A DNA stretch of 64,000 bases from Nitrospinales bacterium (GCA_965262115.1 OZ253496.1:1728001-1792000); one strand, 5' to 3'. Shown: positions 1 to 10,073, numbered from the stretch's first letter. Notes: generated by a model from the sequence alone, not told the origin. Numbers and translations are program-made.

Positions 1-934
1 CAGTTTTGACTAATGATGAGGTGGCAACAGAGTTTGCTATGAGGTATGCCTGTTTGCGTGTTTTTCCTCCCTGAACGCGAACGGTGACGAACTTGGTTGC
101 TCCTTCTCCATCCAGAACAATTTTGGATGCCAAGTTTTTGCTTATTGTGGTCAACGCTTTCACAAATTCCCGGTAGCCTGAGGTGTTGGCTTTTATCGTC
201 GGATTTTTTGCCTCTCCATTGGCGAGGACGATGACACAATCATTGGTGCTGTTGTCTCCATCCACGGTAATGCGATTGAAAGAGCGATCGGTAGCTTCTT
301 TTAGAGCTTTTTTAAGTGTCTTAGAATCGATGATGGCATTGGTCCATAAAAAACCTAGCATGGTTGCCATATTAGGATGGATCATTCCGGATCCCTTACA
401 TATTCCTCCAATGTCGATGCGGTGTCCTTTAAAGTTGTAACTCACCTTGTCTGATTTAGATATCAGGTCGGTGGTCATGATGGCTTCTGAAGCATCGATC
501 CAGTTTTTTACAGTCCGCCCCAGTTTTTGCACCAATTGGGGAGCGGCCTTTAAAATTTTATGGGAGGGAAGCGGAACCCCTATCACTCCGGTGGAAGCGA
601 TGAGAACTTCCTTTTGTGGAATAGACAATTCCTCTGCCACTTTTTTTGTGATCGCGTCGCAGTCTTCCATGCCTTTGGGTCCGACTACCGCGTTGGCGTT
701 GCCACTGTTGACAACAATGGCACGGCAACTACCACCGGATGAGGATAAGGCGCGACGGCTCCAGGTCACACCGGGAGACACAATCCGGTTTTTGGTGAAG
801 ACGCCTGCTGCGATGGCCGGAACATCGGACACGATCAATGCCAGATCTTTAATATTTTTTTCTTTGATTCCGCAACTCAGTCCCGCCGCTTTAAATCCGG
901 GAACTGCCGGGTTGCGATTTTTTGAGAGTTTCAT
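1..934 (-). CDS. argJ: Bifunctional ornithine acetyltransferase/N-acetylglutamate synthase (3' end runs off the window)
   Basis: Manual minus-strand translation from ATG at 934: MKLSKNRNPAVPGFKAAGLSCGIKEKNIKDLALI...GICKGSGMIHPNMATMLGF...ITVDGDNSTNDCV; lies directly downstream of argC. Confidence 0.93.
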   Translation of the reverse strand, partial: MKLSKNRNPAVPGFKAAGLSCGIKEKNIKDLALIVSDVPAIAAGVFTKNRIVSPGVTWSRRALSSSGGSCRAIVVNSGNANAVVGPKGMEDCDAITKKVAEELSIPQKEVLIASTGVIGVPLPSHKILKAAPQLVQKLGRTVKNWIDASEAIMTTDLISKSDKVSYNFKGHRIDIGGICKGSGMIHPNMATMLGFLWTNAIIDSKTLKKALKEATDRSFNRITVDGDNSTNDCVIVLANGEAKNPTIKANTSGYREFVKALTTISKNLASKIVLDGEGATKFVTVRVQGGKTRKQAYLIANSVATSSLVKT

Positions 935-1016
935 GATTTGTGAGGGCCTTTATTTATTCGGTAATTTTCTCTGTGGCAACTCGCAGGCCCTTATTTCATA
1001 AGGTCTGCTCGTGGCT

Positions 1017-1054
1017 GTTATATTCTTCATCAGCTTTCATGCCCCATAGGGGTA
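1017..1054 (+). repeat. GTGAT-hairpin mini-element copy (GTTAT variant)
   Basis: gttatattcttcatcagctttcatgccccataggggta matches the family consensus. Confidence 0.8.
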
Positions 1055-1078
1055 CAAAAACAACTTTTAGAGGTACTC

Positions 1079-2116
1079 TTAAGGAAAAACTGCCGGGGCC
1101 ATGAGACCGGTTTTTTCATCCAGGCCCAGCATGATGTTCATATTCTGGACGGCCTGCCCTGAGGCGCCTTTGATTAAATTATCTAATGCGCTGGTGATGA
1201 TCAGGCGCTGGTTTCGCGCATCGACCTTGAGGCCAATATCGCAAAAATTAGAAGAAAGCACATGATGACTGCTGGCGAATTTGCCCGGATTCAATACGCG
1301 AATAAATTTTTCGCCTTTATAAAAATCGCGGTAATGCTCGACCAGTTTTTCATCGCTGAGGGTTTCGTTCAGGTTGATATAAACCGTGCTCAACATTCCC
1401 CGGGTCATGGGAACCAGGTGCGGGGAAAACGTAAGGCGCACGGGTTTACCCGCCAGAGTGGAAAGCTCCTGCTCCATTTCAGGCGTGTGCCGGTGGGCGG
1501 CAAGGCCATAGGGGTTTATGCCTTCGTTGACCTCACTGTAATTTGTGGTCAGGGAAGGTTTGCGTCCGGCACCGGAAACACCGGACTTGCTGTCGGAAAT
1601 TATAGAATCGAGGTCCACCCAATCGGTCTTAAGAAGCGGAGCCAGAGCCAGAATCACACTGGTCGGATAGCAACCCGGGTTGGCAATGAAGCGTGCGGTT
1701 TGAATGGCCTGGCGATGCAGTTCCGGCAAACCATACACAGCCTGCTCAAGAAGCTCTGGGTGGGTATGGGTGACGGAGTACCAGTCCGAGTAGGCTTCTG
1801 GGTCTTTTAGCCGATAGTCTGCGCTCAGGTCGATGATTTTGCAGTCGGACTGCAAATAAACGGGAAGCTTGTCCATGGCCGTTATGTGAGGCAAGGCCAG
1901 AAACAAAACGGAACAATCTTTGGCGATGTTGTCATCCAGAGGCCGAAGCTTGAGATCAACGATTCCATTCAAAGATGGGAAAACCTCGGCGATGTTTTGA
2001 CCCTGAAAAGTCTCGGAGGTCAAAGCCGTAAGTTCCACATCCGGATGCCCGGCAAGAAGACGAATCAATTCCAGTCCGGTGTATCCACTGGCTCCAGCTA
2101 TAGCTATTTTAAACAT
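1079..2116 (-). CDS. argC: N-acetyl-gamma-glutamyl-phosphate reductase
   Basis: MFKIAIAGASGYTG, IANPGCYPT, SGVSGAGR and DNLIKGASGQAVQNMN motifs; start set at MFK. Confidence 0.96.
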   Translation of the reverse strand: MFKIAIAGASGYTGLELIRLLAGHPDVELTALTSETFQGQNIAEVFPSLNGIVDLKLRPLDDNIAKDCSVLFLALPHITAMDKLPVYLQSDCKIIDLSADYRLKDPEAYSDWYSVTHTHPELLEQAVYGLPELHRQAIQTARFIANPGCYPTSVILALAPLLKTDWVDLDSIISDSKSGVSGAGRKPSLTTNYSEVNEGINPYGLAAHRHTPEMEQELSTLAGKPVRLTFSPHLVPMTRGMLSTVYINLNETLSDEKLVEHYRDFYKGEKFIRVLNPGKFASSHHVLSSNFCDIGLKVDARNQRLIITSALDNLIKGASGQAVQNMNIMLGLDEKTGLMAPAVFP

Positions 2117-2201
2117 AGTAAAACGCGCCGGTTTAAGTGGGGGTTTTTCTGCCCCTAATATTGATTGAAAGATATAATCCCAGGGATGTGGCGGAGTACC
2201 T

Positions 2202-2280
2202 CCGCTGGTAGCTTGCAATATCTTTGTCTTGTGGACAAGCTCTATCGCGGCCCGACAAGTTATTGCCCATTTTGCACCGG
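2202..2280. repeat. Degenerate ~80 bp repeat (family 2) with imperfect CCGGTGGCAAAT..GCAAT / ATTGCCCATTTGCCACCGG ends
   Basis: Aligns with 2854-2963, 16367-16394+17675-17742, 23692-23757, 23793-23853, 36532-36593 and 10420-10482 (reverse). Confidence 0.6.
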
Positions 2281-2390
2281 GCGAGGCCCGGCCAGCGCCA
2301 CCATACCATAACGGATGGTTGAAACTCTGTTTTATGCTTGAATAATTTTGGTGGCGGTTGCCCCAGTTTCCCTCGGGCGCTGCCCGGGGC

Positions 2391-2789
2391 TTAACGTTTG
2401 GAGAACTGGAATTTTTTGCGTGCCCCGGGCTGTCCGTATTTTTTTCTTTCTACGGTTCTTGAGTCCCGAGTGAGGAATCCAGCTTTTTTAAGGGGTGCCC
2501 GTAAACCTGGGTCGGTCAAAATGAGAGCCCGGGAAATACCCAGACGCAGTGCTCCGGACTGGCCGGAAAGACCTCCACCCTGAACGGTGGCCTGGATGTC
2601 TATAGACTCTAGTGTGTCAGTCGTGATCAACGGGTGCTTGATGATGCATTCGAGGCTTTCCCGGCAAAAATATTCCTTAATGGATTTGTTATTAACTACG
2701 ATTTTGCCGTCGCCTTTTTGAATCCATACTTTGGCGATAGATTCTTTGCGTTTTCCCGTTGCGTAAAATTTTTCGATGGTGCCTTCCAT
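2391..2789 (-). CDS. rpsI: 30S ribosomal protein S9
   Basis: ATGKRKES, GGGLSGQSGA and ERKKYGQPGARKKFQFSKR. Confidence 0.98.
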   Translation of the reverse strand: MEGTIEKFYATGKRKESIAKVWIQKGDGKIVVNNKSIKEYFCRESLECIIKHPLITTDTLESIDIQATVQGGGLSGQSGALRLGISRALILTDPGLRAPLKKAGFLTRDSRTVERKKYGQPGARKKFQFSKR

Positions 2790-2862
2790 AATCGTGTCTG
2801 CTCTCTTTTTTAAATTTTGCTTAATTGATTATTTTGTTATACCGGCGTTATCACCGGCGGCC

Positions 2863-2900
2863 GTGATATTCTTCCTAAATCTTCGTGCCCCGGAGGGGTA
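2863..2900 (+). repeat. GTGAT-hairpin mini-element inserted in a family-2 repeat in the rplM-rpsI spacer
   Basis: gtgatattcttcctaaatcttcgtgccccggaggggta; removing 2862-2900 gives ccggcggcaaattgcaat, colinear with ccggtggcaaattgcaat at 5536. Confidence 0.85.
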
Positions 2901-2971
2901 AAATTGCAATGTCTTTATTATGCGGACAAATGTTCTCTCGGCTTATAAGCTATTGCCCATTGCTTCTCTCG

Positions 2972-3400
2972 CTAGAGAGCGATCGCTTCCGGGTTTTGAC
3001 TCGTATGCGGGTGCTGGTCGTTATTGTAGATTCTGAAATTGTTGTGCAGGGTTCTGCCTAATCTCGTTTTTGGCAACATTCCCTGGATCGCTTTTTTCAG
3101 CAGATCAGAAGGCTGTTTCTCAAGAACCTGTTTTGCCGTGACGGATTTGATTCCTCCCGGCCAACCGGTATGATGGTAATAAATTTTGTCGTCCCATTTC
3201 TTACCGGTCAGCTTAACCTTTGCGGCGTTGATGATGATGACATTATCCCCTGTATCAACGTGGGGAGTATAAATGGGTTTGGTTTTGCCACGAATGATTG
3301 AGGCGGCTGTGCTGGCCACACGCCCCAACGGTTTGTCGGCAGCATCAATCAGCACCCATTTTTTAACAACGTCGCTCTGTTTAGCAAAAAAGGTTTTCAT
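2972..3400 (-). CDS. rplM: 50S ribosomal protein L13
   Basis: KWVLIDA, GKTKPIYTPHVDTGD and YYHHTGWPGG. Confidence 0.98.
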   Translation of the reverse strand: MKTFFAKQSDVVKKWVLIDAADKPLGRVASTAASIIRGKTKPIYTPHVDTGDNVIIINAAKVKLTGKKWDDKIYYHHTGWPGGIKSVTAKQVLEKQPSDLLKKAIQGMLPKTRLGRTLHNNFRIYNNDQHPHTSQNPEAIAL

Positions 3401-3590
3401 TATATTCCGGTTTCAGTCAATATTATTTTTAATGTCGTAAACCGGCTATAATAAAAGAGATATCTGGCCCTGTCAACTAGAAAGCATCCTTTAATAACGG
3501 ATTTGCCAGAAAGTTTCTTTACTTTATTTTTTGGAGAAAATAGACTAAATTTGTCTATTTTAAATCCTTCTGGGTCTGTAAGCTAACTAT

Positions 3591-5555
3591 ATGGAAAATA
3601 TGGCTCAATCTGAAGGTTTGGCATCTGCACGAGCCAGCGGGGATGTCAATGGAGAGGCTCTGTACCGGTCCATTGAGCGCTCCCGGGACTTTTTGCTCTC
3701 CTGCCAGAACGCCGAGGGTTATTGGGTGGACGAATTGGAGGCCAATGTCACCATTTCGGCCGAATTTATTTTCTTCATGCATTTCACTGACCGGCTGGAC
3801 CCGGTCAAACAAGACCGGATCGTAAAATATTTACTGCATCTTCAAAGGGAGGACGGCAGTTGGCCGCTTTTTTATGGCGGCTTGTGCGACATTAACTCGA
3901 CGGTTGAGTCCTATATGGCTCTCAAAATGGCCGGCCTGCCCGCCGACCGGGAAGAGATGGTGCGGGCCCGTCAGGCGATTTTTGCCAACGGGGGTATCAA
4001 AAAAACCCGGGTCTTCACAAAAATGTTCCTCGCCATGTTCGGTCAGGTTTCCTGGAGCGACTGCCCGGCGGTGCCGGTAGAGATTATTTTGTTGCCCGAC
4101 TGGTTTCCTTTCAATATCTATGAGATTTCGAGCTGGTCGAGAGGTACCGTGGTTCCACTTTCTGTCGTGCGTTCCTTCGAACCGGTGCATGAGCTTCCGG
4201 AAGGGCGGGACGTTCAGGAATTGTTCACCAAAAAGGATGTGGATCTGGATTTCAAACCCAATGGCCTGCCTTTCACCAGCTGGAGAAACACGTTCATATA
4301 TCTCGATCACTTTATCAAGGCTATCGGCCAGTTCCCCTTTAAACCTCTGCGCAAAAAAGCGCTTAAAAAAGTCGAGCAATGGACGCTGGAGCACCAGGAA
4401 GACGAGGGCGACTTTGGCGGCATTCAACCGGCCATGTTCAATGCTCTTTTAGCGTTGTACCTTTTAGGCTACGCCGAAGACCATCCCGCGTGTGTGAAAG
4501 GAATGGAAGCGGTGGACCGCTTCATGCTGGAAAAAGACGGGCGGCTCTGGATGCAGCCCTGCGTCTCGCCTTTGTGGGACACGGCCATCTGCGCCAACGC
4601 CTTGTTGGATTCGGGACTGCCATCCGACCACCCGGCCCTGGTGAAAGCCGGTGAGTGGATCATTGGCAAACAGGTGATCAAGCGTGGCGACTGGCAGGTG
4701 AAGAATCCGACAGCGGAGCCGGGAGGCTGGGCGTTTGAGTTTTATAATGAACTGTATCCGGACACCGATGACACGGCAGAGATTTTGCTTTTCCTCGATC
4801 GGATCGAGGTCGCCGACAACCGCTGGAAGTTGAGCGAATGCCAGCGGGCGATGGACTGGTTGTTGAGCATGCAAAGTAAAAGCGGTGGATGGGGAGCCTT
4901 CGATGTGGATAACGATAGGGAGGTTCTCAACGAAGTTCCTTTTGCCGACCATAAGGCGTTGCTGGATCCTGCAACGGTGGATGTGACGAGCCGGATTCTT
5001 TGGATGCTGGCAAAATGGGGATTTAAAAAACAGCACCCACAGGTTCAACGGGCCATTGCGTTTATCAAAGATCGTCAGGAAGTGGATGGTTGCTGGTATG
5101 GCCGATGGGGAGTGAATTATATTTATGGAACGTTTTTAGCCTTGAACGGTTTGTGTGCCATCGGTGAGGACATGAAGGACAGGTTCAGCCGGCAAGCTGT
5201 CCTCTGGTTAGAAACTCACCAAAATGAAGATGGAGGTTGGGGTGAAACCTGCCAAAGTTATATAGAGTCGAGCTTGCGGGGTCGGGGTCAAAGCACTGCC
5301 TCACAAACTGCCTGGGCCTTACTGGGGCTCATCGCTGCCGGTGAGGAAAAAAATTCGGTTGTAGAACGCGGCGTGTGCTTTTTAATCGAAACGCAAAAAG
5401 AGTCGGGGGAGTTTTCAGGAAGCTGGTGGGAGGATGAGTTCACCGGTACCGGGTTTCCCATCCATTTCTTCATCAAATACCATATGTATCAGCATTTCTT
5501 CCCGCTGATGGCTTTGTCCCGCTACCGGCGAGCCGCCGGTGGCAAATTGCAATAG
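3591..5555 (+). CDS. shc: Squalene-hopene cyclase
   Basis: YPDTDDTA (DXDD) catalytic motif, repeated QW motifs (QREDGSW, QSKSGGWG, QNEDGGWGE), FTGTGFP. Confidence 0.95.
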   Translation: MENMAQSEGLASARASGDVNGEALYRSIERSRDFLLSCQNAEGYWVDELEANVTISAEFIFFMHFTDRLDPVKQDRIVKYLLHLQREDGSWPLFYGGLCDINSTVESYMALKMAGLPADREEMVRARQAIFANGGIKKTRVFTKMFLAMFGQVSWSDCPAVPVEIILLPDWFPFNIYEISSWSRGTVVPLSVVRSFEPVHELPEGRDVQELFTKKDVDLDFKPNGLPFTSWRNTFIYLDHFIKAIGQFPFKPLRKKALKKVEQWTLEHQEDEGDFGGIQPAMFNALLALYLLGYAEDHPACVKGMEAVDRFMLEKDGRLWMQPCVSPLWDTAICANALLDSGLPSDHPALVKAGEWIIGKQVIKRGDWQVKNPTAEPGGWAFEFYNELYPDTDDTAEILLFLDRIEVADNRWKLSECQRAMDWLLSMQSKSGGWGAFDVDNDREVLNEVPFADHKALLDPATVDVTSRILWMLAKWGFKKQHPQVQRAIAFIKDRQEVDGCWYGRWGVNYIYGTFLALNGLCAIGEDMKDRFSRQAVLWLETHQNEDGGWGETCQSYIESSLRGRGQSTASQTAWALLGLIAAGEEKNSVVERGVCFLIETQKESGEFSGSWWEDEFTGTGFPIHFFIKYHMYQHFFPLMALSRYRRAAGGKLQ

Positions 5556-5561
5556 TTTCTT

Positions 5562-5600
5562 TACCCCCTACGGGGCACGAAAACTGAGGAAGAATATCAC
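5562..5600 (-). repeat. GTGAT-hairpin mini-element copy
   Basis: Reverse complement gtgatattcttcctcagttttcgtgccccgtagggggta. Confidence 0.85.
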
Positions 5601-5789
5601 GTGCTCACTGGCCTCACGCCCGGTGGCCCCTGCAAAGGTCTCTTCCGCAAGGGGGCCAGGGGGATTTGACGGGCCGTATGTAATTTGCCAGTGGTGGCTA
5701 CACCGCCTTAATTCACTGCAAGCAAAGGCGATTTAGTGTATAAATGTAACTTCATTTAAAACTCCATAAAATTCGAGGTGCAGGAAGGC

Positions 5790-6635
5790 ATGCAATACAA
5801 GCGGTGGGTGGTTTTTATATTGGCGGGGTTCCTGCTTTCAGGTTGTGGGGGTGGGATGGATGATGAAGATGTGGTCGAAAAGTCCAACTTCCAGATGCCA
5901 ATGAAGGAAAATACCTGGGTGCGCAAGGAAACAGTGCGTAAAACCACAGATGACTTGTTTGCCAACGCTGGCAAAAAGAGCGCTGAAGTTCCTGTTGATT
6001 CGGCCCTGGCAGCCAAACTGAAAAAACCGGCAACCCTTCCTATCAATTCGCAAGAGGAATGTTTAGAACAGGCTAATGCCCTCGATCAACAACGCACCGA
6101 AGTGCAAAAGCGTGGTGGGGTCTGGCACGCTTATGAAAAAGTTGCCAAAGCCAAACCTTATTCCAATTATGGTATGCAGTTGGACAGCCAGACCAACCGG
6201 TTGGTGTTTTCCCTCCAGCATATTTGCAAGAACGCTCAGGAAATCCATTTAAGCGCGTGGGGTGTGCAGACGGTGCAAAGGTTCAAAAAGATGGGCGAAG
6301 AGGGTTATAGAAATTACTTTATTGGATTAGGCGAAGTCATGGGGGATGTCGATAAATGGGTCGAGTTTGCCAAGTTTGCCATTGAAAGCAAGAACCGGCA
6401 AGTCCCCTATCCCAAAATCGGCGAGTCCATTGCCCAGGCCAAACTGCTTGTAGATTTGTATGATGAGCTTTCGGAACGAAAAATAAGTGATGACACCGCT
6501 CTGCAAACGTTTCTCACCGAAGGGGCTACCCTCCTGAGTGTTGTCAACGAAAGTTTCAGCACTGATCCCCGATTGGTGCTCGCCCTCCAGGACGAAAACG
6601 TGTTCCCCTTCGAGGATATCAAAGGCGAAATGTAG
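5790..6635 (+). CDS. Hypothetical lipoprotein
   Basis: Long ORF with hydrophobic leader and lipobox LLSGC. Confidence 0.75.
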   Translation: MQYKRWVVFILAGFLLSGCGGGMDDEDVVEKSNFQMPMKENTWVRKETVRKTTDDLFANAGKKSAEVPVDSALAAKLKKPATLPINSQEECLEQANALDQQRTEVQKRGGVWHAYEKVAKAKPYSNYGMQLDSQTNRLVFSLQHICKNAQEIHLSAWGVQTVQRFKKMGEEGYRNYFIGLGEVMGDVDKWVEFAKFAIESKNRQVPYPKIGESIAQAKLLVDLYDELSERKISDDTALQTFLTEGATLLSVVNESFSTDPRLVLALQDENVFPFEDIKGEM

Positions 6636-6782
6636 CCGACCAACGGCCGGTGGCAACCACTGGCGTGAGGCCAGTATAAATGCTCCTCCCCTGACAAGGG
6701 GAGGCTGGGAGGGGTTGCTTTAGTCGTCATTGCGAACCGAAACGGCGTGACCGTGATAATTCACCTTAGCCTTTGTGAGCTT

Positions 6783-6822
6783 GTGATGTCCTTTTCCTCA
6801 AACTTCATGCCCCGCAAAGGCA
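6783..6822 (+). repeat. Degenerate GTGAT-hairpin mini-element copy
   Basis: gtgatgtccttttcctcaaacttcatgccccgcaaaggca; 3' arm of the hairpin is decayed. Confidence 0.6.
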
Positions 6823-7167
6823 AAATGAAGGCATGATAATTTTCCTTTCCTGCCAAGGGGTCCGGCTCGACAAGTCTTTGCCTGACTCGTCGCAGGGGAA
6901 AATAGCAATGACCCATTGTTCGCCTGCAGACGAATCGTTTACCGATGAAAAATCCGTCCATATCCCTGTTTTTATTTTTTGCCTTGTTGTTAAGGCAGTT
7001 GTTATAATGAAGCGCTCCGTAGAGTCGGATAAAACGGTTCAGATGTTGTGGACGTAAAGTAAGTCCTCGCCTATTGAGGTTGAGGCCGCTTCTGAGTAAG
7101 TCGGATTGTTAGACGGATTGTGCCCTTCTTGGCGTGAAACTATTATTTACAATGTTATGGGGTAGCC

Positions 7168-9942
7168 ATGCTTCAAAGCTTTTGTCTCAAAAAAAAGAGT
7201 AGCGGGTCCCTGATTATCGGGATGGTCGTTTTTTTTAGTCTGATGATCGCAGCCGGTTTTGTGGATGAGGCGGTTGCGGAATCGAATGACAATCCCGATG
7301 AGAATATTGTTGGTGTAAATGGCAGCAGTCCCGTGCGTAGTGTCCTTGACCTGCTGACTCCTATCCACAGTGTCAGTGCCGAAGAGGTACACGATAATAG
7401 CCAGATTGAGGAAGGCCGCGTTTCGCAACTCTTGTTGCCTGCCTTTAATTTTTCCAGTTCCAGCACTAGTGTCAACGCTGAAGCAGAAATCTCGCGTCCT
7501 ATCGAGTTAGAAAGTATTTATGTCGTAGGCAGCCGCGCCCCTGAGCGCAGTGTTCTTGACCTGCCGGTTCCTGTTGACATCGTTACTGCCGAAGATATGC
7601 GTGACACGGGTCAGACCGAAGTGGGCCGGATGTTACAACGCCTGATACCCTCCTTTAATTTTTCCAGTTCCAGTATAAGTGACGGGACCGATGCCCTGCG
7701 CCCTGCAACGTTGCGTGGCTTGAGCCCCGATCAGGTATTGGTCCTTATCAACGGTAAACGCCGTCACAACAGTGCCTTGATACACGTCAATACATCGGTC
7801 GGGCGTGGTACGGCGGGGGTGGACATGAACGCCATTCCTGCGTCCGCCATTAAGCGTATCGAGATTTTGCGCGATGGCGCCGCCGCCCAGTATGGATCGG
7901 ACGCTATAGCCGGCGTGATCAACATCGTGCTGAAGGACGGCGTGCAAGAAGGTTTTGCCAGCGGTTCCTACGGTCAATATTTGGAAGGTGATGGTGAAAA
8001 TATCTTGTTCAATGCAGGCCAGGGGTTCCGGCTCAATGGTGGGAAGGGTTTTATCCACGCCAGCTTGGAATACCGTAACCGGAAAAGCACTAATCGCGCT
8101 GGTTTGACCGGCGAATGCCAGTACACTTGCACGCCTGCGGGTACTAACTCAAATGGAGCAATCCAGCAGACCACAGATCAGCGGGAAATCAATTTTAATC
8201 GGAAGAACTTCCGCATCGGCGATGCGGAGTCTGAGCAGTTTTCCGGCGTGTTGAATGCTGAGCTTGAGCTAGGCGGCGGGGAGCTTTATGGTTTTTTAAC
8301 CCGGTCGGGCCGTGAAAATACGTCCGCCGGGTTCTTTCGCAGAGCCAATCAGACAGAGAGCAATCCGGTCCTTGGTGATGGAGAAGCATTCTTCCCCAAC
8401 GGTTTTTTGCCCTTGATCAACACGGATGTCGAAGATTTTTCCATCAACGCGGGGTTCCGCCGTAAGCTTGACTGGGGGATTGATGCCGATTTTTCTATCA
8501 CCCACGGTCTCAATGATTTTGCCTTTAATATAAGTAACTCCGTAAATGCCTCGCAGGCGCGGAAAGCGGTAACTGACAGCATCCTCACTTCGGACGAGAT
8601 ACGCGCCAGCCTGCCAACCTCTGCCGATGCCGGTGAACTGGGCATTGGGCTGACCACCGCCAACATCGACTTGGTCAAACGCCTTGGCGACCTTACGCTC
8701 ACCGGCGGTGCCGAATACCGGCACGATACTTATACCATAAAAGCTGGAGATGAGGTCTCCTTCGCCGACTTCGATATCAATGACAATACCGCTGTTGCTG
8801 GCATCCAGGTATTTCCTGGATTTCAACCCAGTAACGAAGTGGATGAATCACGCAATATCGCCTCTCTTTACGCCGATGTCGGATATGACGTTAACTCCGA
8901 CTGGCAGGTAAACAGCGCGTTGCGTTTCGATCACTACAGCGATTTTGGCGGTACCCTTAATTTTAAACTGGCCACCCGCTACGCGTTCACCGACTGGCTG
9001 ATACTTCGAGCTTCTGGCGGCAGCGGGTTTCGCGCCCCTTCCATGCAACAACAGTTCTTTAATAATGTCAGCACCCAGTTCAACGATATCAATGGGGTCG
9101 TAACGGCCGAGCAGGTCGGAACCTTCCGCAACGACTCGGCCTTGGCCAGGGCCATCGGGATTCCCGAACTGAAGGAAGAAACATCCTATAATCTTGGGGT
9201 TGGCGTGGTTTTTCAGCCCTTTAAAAACTTCACCCTGACGGCTGACTATTACCGCATCACTATCGATGACCGTATCGTCCTCAGCGGACGCCTTGAGAGC
9301 GGCGCGAACGCGGCATTGGATGCCGCGCTTACGGCCAATGGCGTTCAGAGCGCACAGTTTTTCCTTAATGCCGTTGATACGGAAACCAACGGGATTGATA
9401 TTGTCGCAACATGGAAGATACGCCCCCCGAAGGGGCAGCTTGAACTTTCACTGGGTGCCAGTTATACAGATACCGAAATCACCGGGATATTTTCTCCTGA
9501 TAGTCTCCAAGGCGTTGCGCTTGACACGGTGTTCAGTGCCCAGGACAGCTCTATTATTGAGTCATGGCAACCCAAATCCCGTCTCAATCTATCGGCGGAT
9601 TATGCCTTGGGCGATTTCAGCATGACTCTGGCGCTCAATCGTTTTGGTGAATACACGGTGCTTGACGGTGATAAAAGCCAGACCTATGGCGCGAAAGTGC
9701 TGACCGATCTGTTGTTGCGGTACAACTTTCCTCGTAATATCACCCTCAGTCTGGGCGCAAACAACCTGTTTGACGTTGTTCCGGAGAAAAACCGAATCGG
9801 ACAATCCAGGAATGGCACCATCATCGATGGGGACGGCAACACGATTGTCAGTTCCAGCGGGGTATTCGAATTTTCCCGGCGTTCCGCCCCCTTCGGATTC
9901 AATGGTGGCTACTATTTTGCCAGATTGACGCACCGCTTCTAA
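7168..9942 (+). CDS. TonB-dependent outer-membrane receptor
   Basis: Plug motifs LRGLSPDQVLVLINGKRR and IEILRDGAAAQYGSDAIAGVINI, beta-barrel, C-terminal Phe. Confidence 0.93.
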   Translation: MLQSFCLKKKSSGSLIIGMVVFFSLMIAAGFVDEAVAESNDNPDENIVGVNGSSPVRSVLDLLTPIHSVSAEEVHDNSQIEEGRVSQLLLPAFNFSSSSTSVNAEAEISRPIELESIYVVGSRAPERSVLDLPVPVDIVTAEDMRDTGQTEVGRMLQRLIPSFNFSSSSISDGTDALRPATLRGLSPDQVLVLINGKRRHNSALIHVNTSVGRGTAGVDMNAIPASAIKRIEILRDGAAAQYGSDAIAGVINIVLKDGVQEGFASGSYGQYLEGDGENILFNAGQGFRLNGGKGFIHASLEYRNRKSTNRAGLTGECQYTCTPAGTNSNGAIQQTTDQREINFNRKNFRIGDAESEQFSGVLNAELELGGGELYGFLTRSGRENTSAGFFRRANQTESNPVLGDGEAFFPNGFLPLINTDVEDFSINAGFRRKLDWGIDADFSITHGLNDFAFNISNSVNASQARKAVTDSILTSDEIRASLPTSADAGELGIGLTTANIDLVKRLGDLTLTGGAEYRHDTYTIKAGDEVSFADFDINDNTAVAGIQVFPGFQPSNEVDESRNIASLYADVGYDVNSDWQVNSALRFDHYSDFGGTLNFKLATRYAFTDWLILRASGGSGFRAPSMQQQFFNNVSTQFNDINGVVTAEQVGTFRNDSALARAIGIPELKEETSYNLGVGVVFQPFKNFTLTADYYRITIDDRIVLSGRLESGANAALDAALTANGVQSAQFFLNAVDTETNGIDIVATWKIRPPKGQLELSLGASYTDTEITGIFSPDSLQGVALDTVFSAQDSSIIESWQPKSRLNLSADYALGDFSMTLALNRFGEYTVLDGDKSQTYGAKVLTDLLLRYNFPRNITLSLGANNLFDVVPEKNRIGQSRNGTIIDGDGNTIVSSSGVFEFSRRSAPFGFNGGYYFARLTHRF

Positions 9943-9949
9943 CAGGAGA

Positions 9950-10073
9950 GCTTTGCATAATCTGGGATTACCCCTTCTACCCGTTCCGGGCATGAAAGCT
10001 TGGGTGAAATATCCTCAACATTAGTCTTCATGCCCGGAACGGGTAGAAGGGGTAATCCCAGATTATGCAAAGC
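9950..10073. repeat. Perfect 47-bp inverted repeat with 30-nt spacer
   Basis: 9950-9996 is the exact reverse complement of 10027-10073. Confidence 0.9.

Noticed and set aside
183..1001. Plus-strand ORFs over argJ and similar antisense ORFs throughout the track
   Set aside because: Shadows of well-supported genes on the opposite strand
1017..1054. Mini-elements as integron attC sites or group II intron remnants
   Set aside because: No RYYYAAC...GTTRRRY pairing, too short, no GTGCG start or domain V, and no integrase or maturase
6980..7167. Cobalamin riboswitch or Fur box upstream of the TonB receptor
   Set aside because: No recognisable B12 box or GATAATGATAATCATTATC-like site; only a short CGGATTGT direct repeat
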